Source: the human T2T-CHM13v2.0 reference genome, Homo sapiens. From it: a DNA stretch of 64,000 nt. The notes under the pieces are model-generated. The model was not told the origin of the DNA. It was given only the letters and a program-made list of their open reading frames with translations, and did no database searches. Numbering within the stretch: the first letter of the stretch is position 1; each line of letters begins with the position of its first letter. The position numbers and the translations under genes were made by a program. The stretch lies in the NCBI RefSeq assembly GCF_009914755.1, contig NC_060926.1; one strand, given 5' to 3'. This document shows, in pieces, positions 23,601 through 36,272 of this stretch.

Positions 23601-23966
23601 CACATACACACCATGGAATACTATGCAGCCATAAAAAAGAATGAGTTCATGTCCTTTGCAGGGACATGGATGAAGCTGGAAACCAGCATTCTCAGCAAAC
23701 TAACACAGGAACAGAAAACCAAACACTGCATGTTCTCACTCATAAGTGGGAGTTGAACAATGAGAACACATGGACATAGGGAGGGGAATATCACACACCA
23801 GGGCCTGTCAGGGGGTCGGGGGCACGGGGAGGGATAGCATTAGGAGAAATACCTAATGTAGATGATGGGCTGATGGGTGCAGTAAACCCCCATGGCACAT
23901 GTATACCTATGTAACAAACCTGCACGTTCTGCATATGTATCCCAGAATGTAAAGTATAATAAAAAA
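17619..23966 (+). mobile_element. Full-length L1PA (about L1PA7/8), ORFs disrupted
   Basis: 5'UTR with caagatggccaaatagg (YY1-type start); ORF1 from about 18948; ORF2 remnants; 3'UTR and poly(A); TSD aaatggt(g/c)ctggg at 17606-17618 and 23967-23979. Confidence 0.95.
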
Positions 23967-24102
23967 AAATGGTCCTGGGAAAACTGTTTAGCCATATATA
24001 GAAAATTGAAACTGGACCCGTTCCTTACACCTTATACAAAAATTAACTCAAGATGGATTAAAGACTTAAATGTAAAACCCGAAACTATAGAAACCACAGA
24101 AG

Positions 24103-24480
<378 letters not shown>

Positions 24481-26094
24481 CTATTCATTCAGGACACAGG
24501 CACGGGCAAAGACTTCATGATGAAAACATCAAAAGCAATTGCAACTAAGCAAAAATTGACAAATGGGATTTAATTAACTAAAGAGCTTCTGCTCAGCAAA
24601 AGAAACTATCATCAGAGTCAACAGACAACCTATAGAATGGGAGAAAATTTTTGCAATCTATCCATCTGACAAAAGTCCAATATCCATAATGTACAAGGAA
24701 TTTAAACAAATTCACAAGAAAAAAACAAAGAACCTCGTTAAAAAGTCGGCAAAGGACACGAACAGACACTTCTCAAAAGAAGACATTTATCCAGCCAACA
24801 AACATAAAAAAAGCTCAGCATCACTGATCATTGGAGAAATGCTAATCAACACAATGAGATACCATCTCACACCAGTCAGAATGGCGATTATTAAAAAGTC
24901 AAGGAACAACAGATGCTGGTGAGGCTGTGGAGAAACAGGAACGCTTTTTTACACTGTTGGTGGAAATGTAAATTAGTTCAACCATTGTGGAAGACAGTGT
25001 GGTGATTCCTCAAAGACCTAGAGGCAGAAATACCATTTGACCCAGCAATCCCATTACTGGGTATATACCCAAAGAATATAAATCATTCTATTATAAAGAT
25101 ATATGCATGTGTATGTTCATTGCAGCACTATTCACAATAGCAAAGACATGGAATCAACACAAATGCTCATCTGTGATAGACTCGATAAAGAAAATGTGGT
25201 ACATATACATCATGGAATGCTATGCAGCCATAAAAAGGAAAGAGATCATGTCCTTTGCTGGGACATGGATGGAGCTGGAAGCCATTATCCTCAGCAAACT
25301 AACACAGGGACAGAAAACCAAACACTGCACGTTCTCACTTGTAAGTGGGAGCTGAACAATGAGAAACACATGGACACAGGGAGGGGCACAACACACATTG
25401 GGACGTGTCGGGGCTGGGAAGGGAGAGCATCAGGAAAGATAGCTAATGCATGCCAGGCTTAACACCTAGGTGATGGGTTGATAGATGCAGCAAACCAACA
25501 TGGCACAGGTTTACCTATGTAATAAACCTGCACATCCTACACATATGTACTGGAACTTAAAATAATATAAAATAAAAAATATAAAATAAAACATACCATG
25601 CCGAGTTCCTGGCATACAGATGGTGAAGCTATAAGTAACGGATCAGAAATATAATTTAAAGATGCTGAAGAGGATATTAAAATTTGTAATTATAAATTTA
25701 ATTTACATTTTTGTAGGAAGAATTTTTTTAAAGATTTTTTTTCTTCTTCATCTTAATTATATGCTTTTGACTAATAGAATGTTAGTAACAATACAGATTG
25801 ACAGGCAAAATGAGAATGCAGAGTATTTGGAATTTTACTATTTCAAAAAGATCAAATCAAAGATTAGCTTAGTGGAGTGAATGGTTGATTTGGGAAATGG
25901 TTCAGAACTAGTTAGCGAAAAAGTCTAAGATGATGCATTCTTAGATATAAGAAAGGGGAAGAGATTTGAATAAATCAACAAAACAAAGATGAAGCAGTTT
26001 CAATGAGGGTCGTGAACAAATTTAAAAAAGAGAAAAAGAAATAAATGTTAACATGAGGTAGTTATAGATCAATTACTTTAAGACTAATACATAC

Positions 26095-26223
26095 CTCTGG
26101 AACTGAAGTTTCCATCAGAGACAGTGGAGGAGGAACACATCCACCATCCTGTGCAATTTCCACTGGTTGATAAATAACCTCAGAAGGTTGCAGGTATAAG
26201 AATGGAGCAGAAGAGGCAGAAGG
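26095..26223 (-). CDS. BOLL: BOLL coding exon 9 (PSASSAPFLYLQPSEVIYQPVEIAQDGGCVPPPLSLMETSVPE)
   Basis: tttag|CCT...GAG|gtatgt; 129 nt, phase 0. Confidence 0.96.
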
Positions 26224-27019
26224 CTAAAATACAAAACCATATTTCTAATTCAAATATGATTAGTTATTTCTGTTAAACCAAATGACTTAGCCAACAGATG
26301 AGAGAAGTACTTGTTTTTTATTTTACTAAATTTTTTTTTAGGAATAGCACAGAAGTATCTCAGCAACGGATTAGAAACTGATCTGTTATAAATTCCAACT
26401 GTGTAGATGTAGTTAAAGAATCTTATCATTGGTAAGCACTAGAACTTCCTAATGACTGAGAACCTCATATATAAATTCAGATAATAATTATGGTTATATT
26501 AATGTCACCAGTAAAGGTTGTGATAATGTGATCTATGGTATTTAAATTGACATAAATGTCTACTCTCAGCTCTGTGACTTCTAATGAAAGTGGGAAAATG
26601 TGAAACTTTTTTGGTGAAGTACTATTTGTTACCAAAAGTTGGGAAATAGAATACTTATTTAGGAACAGAATAAAAACTGAAGCCAAATCCAAATGAAGTT
26701 AGAAAAATGCTAAATTTTCAAATAACACTAATAGTAAAAAAGGGTAAGTTTTCATGTTTATACAGTACACATTTATAAAATGCTTTCACTTATGCATTAT
26801 CATTTGATATTCACAAAAATCATGTAAGGAAACTTACAAAGGTATAGTATCATTATATCCATTTTACAAATGAAGAAACTGAAAATGAACTGCCAAAAGA
26901 ATAAGTTAATAAACAGAAGAAGAAGGTCTCAAATCTAAAAAACTTTAGTATTCATGCAGTCATCACAAGAATATAATGAAAGAAGGATTTAAAATTATAT
27001 ATTGAAAGTTAACATTTAC

Positions 27020-27067
27020 CTGAGGAACACTCCACTGCCACTGTCCTGGTAAATACTGTGTGGTGGC
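27020..27067 (-). CDS. BOLL: BOLL coding exon 8 (ATTQYLPGQWQWSVPQ)
   Basis: ttttag|GCC...CAG|gtaaat; 48 nt, phase 0. Confidence 0.95.
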
Positions 27068-27109
27068 CTAAAATTAAATAAAAGAAAAGAAAAACCCATT
27101 CTGATTATA

Positions 27110-28185
27110 AACAAGGGTTAAAACTAGATATCTACAGGCAAAAATATGAAGTTGGACCCTCACACCATATACAAAAATTAACTCAAGCCATATACAAAAA
27201 TTAACTCAAAATGGACCAGAGACTTAAATGTAAGAGCTAAAATTATACATCTCTTAGAAAAAAACATAGGTGTAAATGCCTGTGACCTTGAATTAGGAAA
27301 TGTTTTTAAAATTATGGTTCCAAAAGCATAAACAACAAAGCAACAACAAAAAATAGTTAAATTAGATTTCATCAAAACTTTAAAAAACTTTTGTGCAAGT
27401 GAAAATACAACCCACAGGATGAGAGAAAACATGGAACTTATATCAAGAATGTATAAAGAACTCTTACAACTCAATAATCAAAAGACAAGTAACCCAACTT
27501 AAAAATTGGTAAATGATATGAATAGACTTTTCTCCAAAGAAGATATACATATGGCCAATAAACACAAGAAATAATGCTCGACACCACTAGCCTTCAGGGA
27601 AATACAAATCAAAACCATAATACAACATCACTTCATACCTACTAGGATGGCTTTAATCAAAAAAGTAGATCATAAATGTTGACGGGCACGTGGAGAAATT
27701 AGAACCCTCATAATCTGCTGGTGGGAATGTAAAATGGCGCAGCCCTTTGGGAAAATAAACACTTCCTTAAAAGGTTAAACAAAGTTACCGTATGACCCAG
27801 CAATTCCACTCTAGTTATAAAACCTAAGAGAAATAAAAATATGTGTTCACATAAAAATTTGTATGTGAATGTCCATCGCAGTATCATTTATAACAGTCAA
27901 AAAGTAGAAACAACTCAAGTGTCCATCATCTGATGAATGGATAAACAGAATGTGGTACAGTGTATCCATACAATGGGATATTATTTGAGAACGAAGTACT
28001 GAGATATGTCATGTCTCATTTATCATGACATAGATAAATCTTGAAATCATTATGCTAAATGAAAGAAGCCTGTCACAAAAGACCACATATTGTATGATTG
28101 TTTTTATAGGATATATCCAGAATAGGCAAATCTAGAAAAACAGGTAAGTAGATTACTGGTTGCCTAGCACTGGGATAAGGGGAAA
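27110..28185 (+). mobile_element. Old L1MB-type ORF2 end and 3'UTR fragment
   Basis: Degenerate L1 motifs ccatatacaaaaattaactcaaaatgg, ggtgggaatgtaaaatgg, tatgacccagcaattccact. Confidence 0.85.
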
Positions 28186-28189
28186 AAGA

Positions 28190-28330
28190 AGACTCAACTC
28201 ATCTACTGTAGCACAAAAACAGCCATAGACAATAAGTAAACAAATGTGGCTGTGTTCCAATAATGTTTTATTTACAAAAACAGGCTGCTGGCTGGAGTTT
28301 GGTCTGCAAGCCATAGTTTGATGACCCTGC
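28190..28330 (+). mobile_element. MER58-like DNA transposon fragment
   Basis: cagccatagacaat...ggctgtgttccaataa...ccatagtttgatgaccctg matches the MER58A 3' half as I recall it. Confidence 0.75.
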
Positions 28331-28608
28331 TATAGACCAGAATGATCTGGCATTATAGTTCACTTATCCCCAATTTCTCACTAAAATTAATGAAGAGTGC
28401 TGGTTAACTGAAAGAGGATATCATAATATATAATAAACCACAATATATTATTTGCTTTAATATAAATTATGTTAAATATAATATAGCAAGAAACTGACAT
28501 ATGTTAACATTAAAAAACCAGCTTGCAGTCCAATACCTGTATCTTACTTGGGGAATTATTGCTAAAGACTTTTTAGATCTAAATGTTAGCCAGGGGAGCA
28601 AAACTGAC

Positions 28609-28674
28609 CTCATCACATTTGGTAAAAGGAAGCAAAGAGTCCATCCATCTTCTTGTATGACATTGTTTAATTCC
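28609..28674 (-). CDS. BOLL: Candidate in-frame BOLL cassette exon between exons 7 and 8 (GIKQCHTRRWMDSLLPFTKCDE)
   Basis: ctctctttttttacgag|GGA...GAG|gtcagt; 66 nt, stop-free in phase 0; the GAG acceptor is atypical. Confidence 0.45.
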
Positions 28675-29504
28675 CTCGTAAAAAAAGAGAGGCGTGATGT
28701 CAGCAAGATGGCTGACCAGAGATGCCTAGCATTCATTTTCCACTGGCTCCCCACCCCGCCACAAGAAAAGACTAAGGCAAAGAATAAACAGCTACAATTT
28801 GACAGGAGCATCAAAAGGAGAGTGCTGGAGTGCCGCAGGGGAGTGGAGACACACCTGTGGTGATTGCAAATCCAGGAGCGCAGCATGGAGCCACCCAGCC
28901 TCTGCAAACCCTTCTCTTCTGCTAGGATTGGTTCTGCCTGGAGTCCTGCAGTTTCTTATTGCAGGGAAAAGGTAAGCAGAAGATCCCCACCAGCCTGCAT
29001 TGCTACTGCAAACAGCCACACTCCTTGCAACAGGAGAATCCCACAGTCTCACAGTTTGAAGAGCTGCTGGGAATTCGTGGCTGCATTGCCCCGAATTAGG
29101 AGTACAAAGTGTGTACTCCCCACCCCCTCAACCCCACCCTGTGAGCGAAGCTGCTACAGCGTGACAGCATCTTGAAGCCATAGTCATCTCTAGGGGGCCA
29201 GTAGCTATTGCACGTCTCCAGTACTGGGGTTCCATTTTCATTCTGCCAAGTACACACCAGTGGCTGAACACAACCTCAGCAGCATGGAACCTGAGGCTCA
29301 AGATTGGCTGTGATTCTGGTTCTGTACAGTAGGGAAACCAACGTCTGTTGCCCTCACCTCCAGCTAGAGGAACAATCTGGCTGACCTGCCCAGGGTGAAC
29401 CCACTCTTTAGCTGGTCAAACTGCTGCACTCTCCTGAGCAGGACAGGTCCTCAAGCCTCGTAGTAGCTGACATGCTGCCGGGATGGAATGGTTACACACC
29501 TGCA

Positions 29505-30300
29505 TACAGGGCTGAGAAACAGCCCAGAGGTGCCTCACGCCCTGCAGACAAGCCCCTGACCTACCCTGTGCATGCAATTAGAGCCCAAGAAACAGCTCCG
29601 GGGACTGCCACTGGCAGAAATGTCCCCAGGGGAGTGGAGTGGCTGTGTGTCCATGCCTCAGGCCTAAGAAATGGCCTCGTGCCCACCCCTCCAGCAGACA
29701 CGTCCCCAGGACAGCTGAGCAGCCTGGAGCCTGTGTCCCAGGCCTGAAAAGCAGCCCCATAGGCTGCTTCCAGTGGGCATGATCCCAGGCCGACCAATAG
29801 CCCTGTGCCTGCATTCTGGGCCTATGAAACAGCCCTCACAGAAACGTTTCCAGGCCGGGTGATCCACCCTGTGCCTATGTCCCAGACTTGAGAAATAGCT
29901 CCGTGGGCCACCCCCAGCAGACATGCCCCTAGGCCAGGTGAGCAGTTGTGCACCTGCATCCTGAGCCGGAGAAACAGCCCCTGACAAACATGTCCCTAGC
30001 CGACTGAACAGCCATGCAGCTGTATTCCAGGCCTGAGAAACAGTCCCATGGGCTGTCCCCAGCAGATGCACCCCCAGGCCAGCGAAGGAGCCATGTGCCT
30101 GCATACCAGACCTGAGAAACAGCCCCACAGGCTGCCTCTGGTGGGCACTCCTCCAGGCTGGCTGAGAAACTGCATGCCTGTGCTCTCAGCCAGAGTAACA
30201 GCCCTGTGGCCCCAAGCCCAGTGAGCCAGACTTACCATGTTCATGTACACAGCCCTGACCTGAGGAACAGCTCAGCAAGCCCACCCCTGGCAAAGCCCTA
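29505..30300 (+). repeat. Degenerate tandem array, about 11 units of 66-80 bp, within the old L1 5'UTR
   Basis: Recurrent core cctgagaaacagcccc near 29512, 29586, 29663, 29743, 29821, 29887, 29966, 30032, 30111, 30191 and 30259. Confidence 0.85.
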
Positions 30301-30705
30301 CCACCATTGTCATAGACTCTCTTTTGCTAGGTCACTGAGAAACTTGGAAACACAACTAGAGAGTATTACAGCTTAAGAGACTAAACAGAGACTACCCTAG
30401 CAGATAGGTTGAATCTAGCAGATTCAATCTAAACAGATCCTCTCAGAGGCACATTATAGTCAAATTGTTAAAAGTCAAAGAGAAAGAAAGAATTTTAAAA
30501 GCAGCAAGAAAAAAGTATCAAGTCACAATTAAAGGAATCCCCATTATACTAACAGCAGATTTCTTAGCAGAAATCTTACCAGGGAGAATGGGATGATATA
30601 TTTAGATATATTCAAAATATTGAAGGAAAAAAACCTGCCAGCCAAGAATATTATACCCAGTAAAGCTATCCTTCAGAAATGAAGGATAAATACGATCTTT
30701 CACAA

Positions 30706-30960
30706 GGCCAGGTGTGGTGGCTCATACTTGTAATCCCAGTGCTTTGGGAGACTAAGGCAGGAAGATTGCCTGAGCCCAGGAATTTGAGACCAGCCTGGGC
30801 AACATAGCAAGACCCTATCTCTTAAAAAAAATTAGCAGGCAGGGCACATGCCTGTAGTCTCAGCTGTGTGGCAGGCTAAGGTGGGAGGGATTACTTGAGC
30901 TCACGAGTTTGACACTGCAGTGAGCTATGATCATGTCACTATACTCTGTCTCTAAAAAAA
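30706..30960 (+). mobile_element. AluJ-type element with internal deletions
   Basis: ggccaggtgtggtggctcat...gcctgagcccagg...; flanked by tctttcaca and tctttcata. Confidence 0.88.
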
Positions 30961-31731
30961 CCAGCTCTTTCATAGACAAGCAAAAACTGAGAGAATTTAT
31001 CACCACTAGATTGGCCTTACAAAAAAAATACTCAAGGGAGTCTCACATCAGGAAGTGAAAGGATGGTAACAACGATCATGAAACATGCAAAACTATAAAA
31101 TTCACTGGGACAGCCATTACACAAAGGACAAAAAGAAGAAAAGAATCAAGCCTTATAATTACAGAGAACCCAGCTGCAAAAAATCACCAAAAAGAGAGGG
31201 AACAATGAACAAAAGATATGCAAAATAACCAGAAAATGATAAATAAAATGACAGGATGTCCTCACCTATCAATAATAACCCTGAATGCAAATGGGTTAAA
31301 TTCTCCATTTAAAAGATAGAGACTAGCTGAATATATTAAAAAAAGAGACCCAACTATATGCTACCTAAAAGAAACTCACCTTACCTGTAAAGACACACAT
31401 AGGCTGAAAGTGAAGGGATGGAAAGACATGTTTCATGCAAATGGAAACCAAAGCAGGCAAGAGTAGCTATACTTATATCAGACAAAACCAACTTCAAGTT
31501 AAAAGTTTTAAAAAGAGACAAAGAAGGACATTTATATAATAATATAGGGATCAATTCCGCAAGAGAATATAACAATGTAAATACATATGTACCCAACAAA
31601 AAGCACCCAGATATATAAAGCAAGTCTTATTTGATCTAAAGAGAGAGGGAGAAACCCCAATAAAATAGTGGTTGGGGACTTCAACACCCCACTCTCAGCA
31701 TTGGACAGATTATCTAGAAAGAAAATAAACA

Positions 31732-32097
<366 letters not shown>

Positions 32098-32868
32098 TTA
32101 ACTGAACAGCTGCAGAATATACTTTCTTTTCATCAGGATATAAAACATTCTCCAGAATTACCATATTTCAGGAAACAAAACAAGTCTCAAAAAATTAAAA
32201 AAAACTGAAATTATATAAAGTATCTTATCTGACCACAATGGAATAAAACAAGATATCAATAACAAGAAAAACATTCAAAACTATACAAATTCATGGAAAT
32301 TAAGCAACATACTGCTGAATGACCAGTGGGTGAAGGAAGAAATTAAGAATGAAAATAGAAACACAGCATACCAAAACCTATGGGACACAACAGTAGCAGT
32401 ATTAAGAGGCAAATTTATAACAATGAATGCTTACATCAAAAAACTAGAAATATTTCAAATAAACACCCTTACAATGTACCTCTAGGAACTAGAAGAGCAA
32501 GAACAAGCTAAACCCAAAATTAGTAGAAGAAAAGAAATAGTAATAATCAGGGCAGAAATAAACAATGTTGAGACTACAAAACAATACAAAAGATTAACAA
32601 AACAAAAGGTTGACTTTTTAAAAAGATAAAATCGACAAACCATTAGCTAGTCTAAGAAAAAAAAGAAAGTAGACCCAAATAAATAAAATCAGCAATGAAA
32701 AAGACACCACAATGAATACCACAGAAATACAAAGGATCATTAGAGGCTAATATGAACAACTCTATGCAAATAAATTAGGAAACCTAGAAGAAACGGATAA
32801 ATTCCTGAACATATACAATCTGCCAAGACTAAACCAAGACTGAAGAAATTGAAAACCTTAAGAAACAA

Positions 32869-33170
<302 letters not shown>

Positions 33171-34164
33171 GAAAACCTTAAGAAACAAATTTAAGTAACA
33201 AGATTGAATCAGTAATTAAAACGTCTTCCAACAAAGAAAAGTCCAGAACTACATGGCTGAATTCTACCAAACCTTTAGAGAAGAATACCAGATCTTCCCA
33301 AACTATTCCAAAAAATTGAAGCAGAGGGAATTCTCCCTAATTCATCCCATTAGTTTGATTATATTAAACTAAAAAGTTCCTGCACAGTGAATAAAACAAT
33401 CAACAGAGTGAACAGACGACCTGTTGAATGGGAGAAAACATCTGTAAACTACTTATCTGACACAGAATTAATACCCAAAATTTACAAGGAACTGAGACAT
33501 CTCAACAGCAAAATAAACAAAAAATAAACTGATTAAAAATGGGCAAATGATCTGAATAGACATTTCTCAAAAGAAGACAAAGAAATGGCTAACAAATACA
33601 TGAAAAAATGATCAACATCACTAATTATCAGGAAACTGTAAATCAAAACCACAATGAGGTATTATCTACCCCAGTTAGGATGTTTATTGTCAAAAAGAGA
33701 AAATAACAAACCCTGGTGAGGATGTAGAGAAAAGGGAACTCTTATACACTGTTACTAGGAATGCAAACTAGTACAACCACTATGGAAAACAGTATGGAGA
33801 TCCCTGAAGAAACTACAAATAGAACTACCATATGATCTGGTAATCCCACTACTGGGAATTTATTTGGAGAAAAGGAAATCATTGTATCAGAGAGACATCT
33901 GCACCCCCATGTTTATTACAGCATTATTCACAATAGCCAAAATATGAAATCAACCTGGGTGTCCAACAACAGATGAATAAAGAAAATATGGTATATATAT
34001 ACACAATGGAATACTATTTGGCTATAAAAAAGAATAAAATCCTATCACTCATGGCAACATGGATGGAACTGGAGGTCATTACGTTAAATGAAATAAGCCA
34101 GGAACAGAAAGTTAAACAACACATGTTCTCACTCATATATGGAAGCTAAAAAACACTGATCTCA

Positions 34165-34641
34165 AAAATCTGCCACCTGCACAGATATTTTTGAAAGAAA
34201 CAAGTTTTATTTTTCCCCCTTTCTTGTAATAAGTGATAAAATTCCAAGTCTTTTTCACTGCCTTCCAAACCATGTTCAGAAGAGAGTAGCTTATCCTCTG
34301 CTGGTCTACACTGGTTGCTGAATTTACTTGTATTCCTGTTTTTGTATATGCTGCATTTAGACTTACATATGGCAAGAAGGCATTTTTGTTGTTGTTGTTG
34401 TTAAAGGAAACAAACTCTCAAATCATGAAGTGATGTAAATGTTGCATATGCCTACAAAGCTCTGAATTCAGGTCCCATTGCTGTCACAAAGAAATGAATG
34501 TAACTCCTACCCTAATCCCTTTTTTATATAATAAAACTGCCTTAGCATGAGTTGCAACTGTCATCACTACAGTAAGCTGGTTTACAGATGTTTTCCACTG
34601 AGCATCACAATAAAGAGTACCATGTGTTACAAAAAAAAAAA
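34165..34641 (+). pseudogene. Retrocopied mRNA 3' end (5'-truncated processed pseudogene; parent gene not identified)
   Basis: Non-L1 sequence interrupting the L1 3'UTR; AATAAA at 34609-34614; A11 tail at 34631-34641; TSD core tgatctca at 34157-34164 and 34644-34651. Confidence 0.8.
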
Positions 34642-34740
34642 GTTGATCTCATAGAAGTAAAAAGAATACTAGGGGCTGAGAAGGATAGAGGGAAAGGAGG
34701 AATAGGGAGAGGTTTGTGAAAGGATACAAAATTACAGCTA

Positions 34741-35042
34741 CCTCAGGAATGGAAAACCAAACATCCTATGTTCTCACTCATAAGTGGGAGCTAAGCTATG
34801 AGTATGCAAAGGCATAAGAATGATACAATGGACTTTGGAGACTTAGGGAGAAGGAGTAGGAAGAGGGTGAGGGATAAAAGACTACAAATTGTGTTCACTG
34901 TATACTGCTCGGGTGATGGGTGCATCAAAATCTCACAAATCACCATTAAAGAACTTACTCATGTAACCAAATACCATCTGTTCCCCACAAACCTATGGAA
35001 ATAAAAATTAAAAAAAAAACAACAAAAAATCCAAAACACCTC
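34741..35042 (+). mobile_element. L1PB-type 3' end
   Basis: gagctaagctatgag...ggcataagaatgatacaatggactttgg; TSD caaaattacagcta at 34727-34740 and 35043-35056. Confidence 0.9.
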
Positions 35043-35328
35043 CAAAATTACAGCTAGATAGGAGGAATAAGTTCTAATGTTTTATACCACTATAGGATGA
35101 CTATAGTTAACAATAATACATAGTTTCAAATAGCTAGGAGGCTATTGAATGCTCCCAACACAAAGAAATGATAAATGTTTGAGATGATGGATATGCTAAT
35201 TACTCTGATTTGATCACCATATTACATGTATCAAAACATCACTACATACCCCATGAATAGGTATAATTATCATTTGTCAATGAAAAAAAATTAAAAAAAA
35301 AACACTACCAAGGATTAACTATCTCTTT

Positions 35329-36089
35329 TTTATTTTTTATTTTCTAACTAATCATTTATTTTATTTTACTTATTTTTAAAACTTTTATTTTAGGTTCAGG
35401 GGTACATGTGAAGGTTTGTTACATAGGTAAACTCGTGTCACAGGAGGTTGTTACACAAATTATTTCATAGCCCAGTACCCAATAGTTATCTTTTCTGCTC
35501 TTCTCCCTCTTCCCACCCTCCACCCTCAAGTAGACCCCAGTGTCTACTGTTCCCTTCTTTACGTTCATGAGTTCTCATCATTTAGCTCACACTTATAAGT
35601 AAGAACATGTGTTTATTTGGTTTTCTGTTCCTGTGTCAGTTTGCTAAGGATAATGGCCTCTGGCTCCATCCATGTCCCTGCAAAATATATGATCTCATTG
35701 TTTTTTATGGCTGCATAATATTCCTTGGTGTATATGTACCACATTTTCTTTATCCATCTGTCATTGATAGGCATTCCATGTCTTTGCTATTGTGAATAGT
35801 GCTGCAATGAACATTCGCATGCATGTGTCTTTATGGTAGAATGATTTATATTCCTCTGGCTATATACCCAGTAACGGGTCTAATGGTAGTTCTGCTTTTA
35901 GTTCTTTGAGGAATCTCCATACTGCTTTCCACAATGGTTGAACTAATTTACACTCCAACCAACAGTGTATAAGTGTTCCTATTCTCTGTAACCTCGCCAG
36001 CATCTGCTATTTTTGACTTTTTAATAATAGCCATTCTGACTGGTGTGAGATGGTATATCAATGTGGTTTTGATTCACATTTCTCTAATG
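35329..36089 (-). mobile_element. 5'-truncated older L1P 3' end, sense to BOLL
   Basis: T-rich tail followed by reverse L1 3'UTR and ORF2 end; TSD aactatctcttt at 35317-35328 and 36090-36101. Confidence 0.93.
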
Positions 36090-36200
36090 AACTATCTCTT
36101 TGTAATTAGCAAAGTAGTTGCATGAGAAAGAAATAAATGAAAGTTAGCTAAGAAAGGACTGAAAGTTTCAGAGAGAATTTTAATTGTAATTTATGTTTAC

Positions 36201-36272
36201 CTGGTAGTGATATGCAGGTTGCTGATAAATGGGCTGAGCTACCATCACAGGGGAGCTACATACAGAACGTGA
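36201..36272 (-). CDS. BOLL: BOLL coding exon 7, DAZ repeat (SRSVCSSPVMVAQPIYQQPAYHYQ)
   Basis: tttatag|TCA...CAG|gtaaac; 72 nt / 24 aa, the DAZ-repeat exon size. Confidence 0.96.

Noticed and set aside
29505-30300. Repeat array as a CRISPR-like or coding repeat
   Set aside because: Whole units are degenerate copies with no unique spacers, and the array lies inside an L1 5'UTR in primate DNA.
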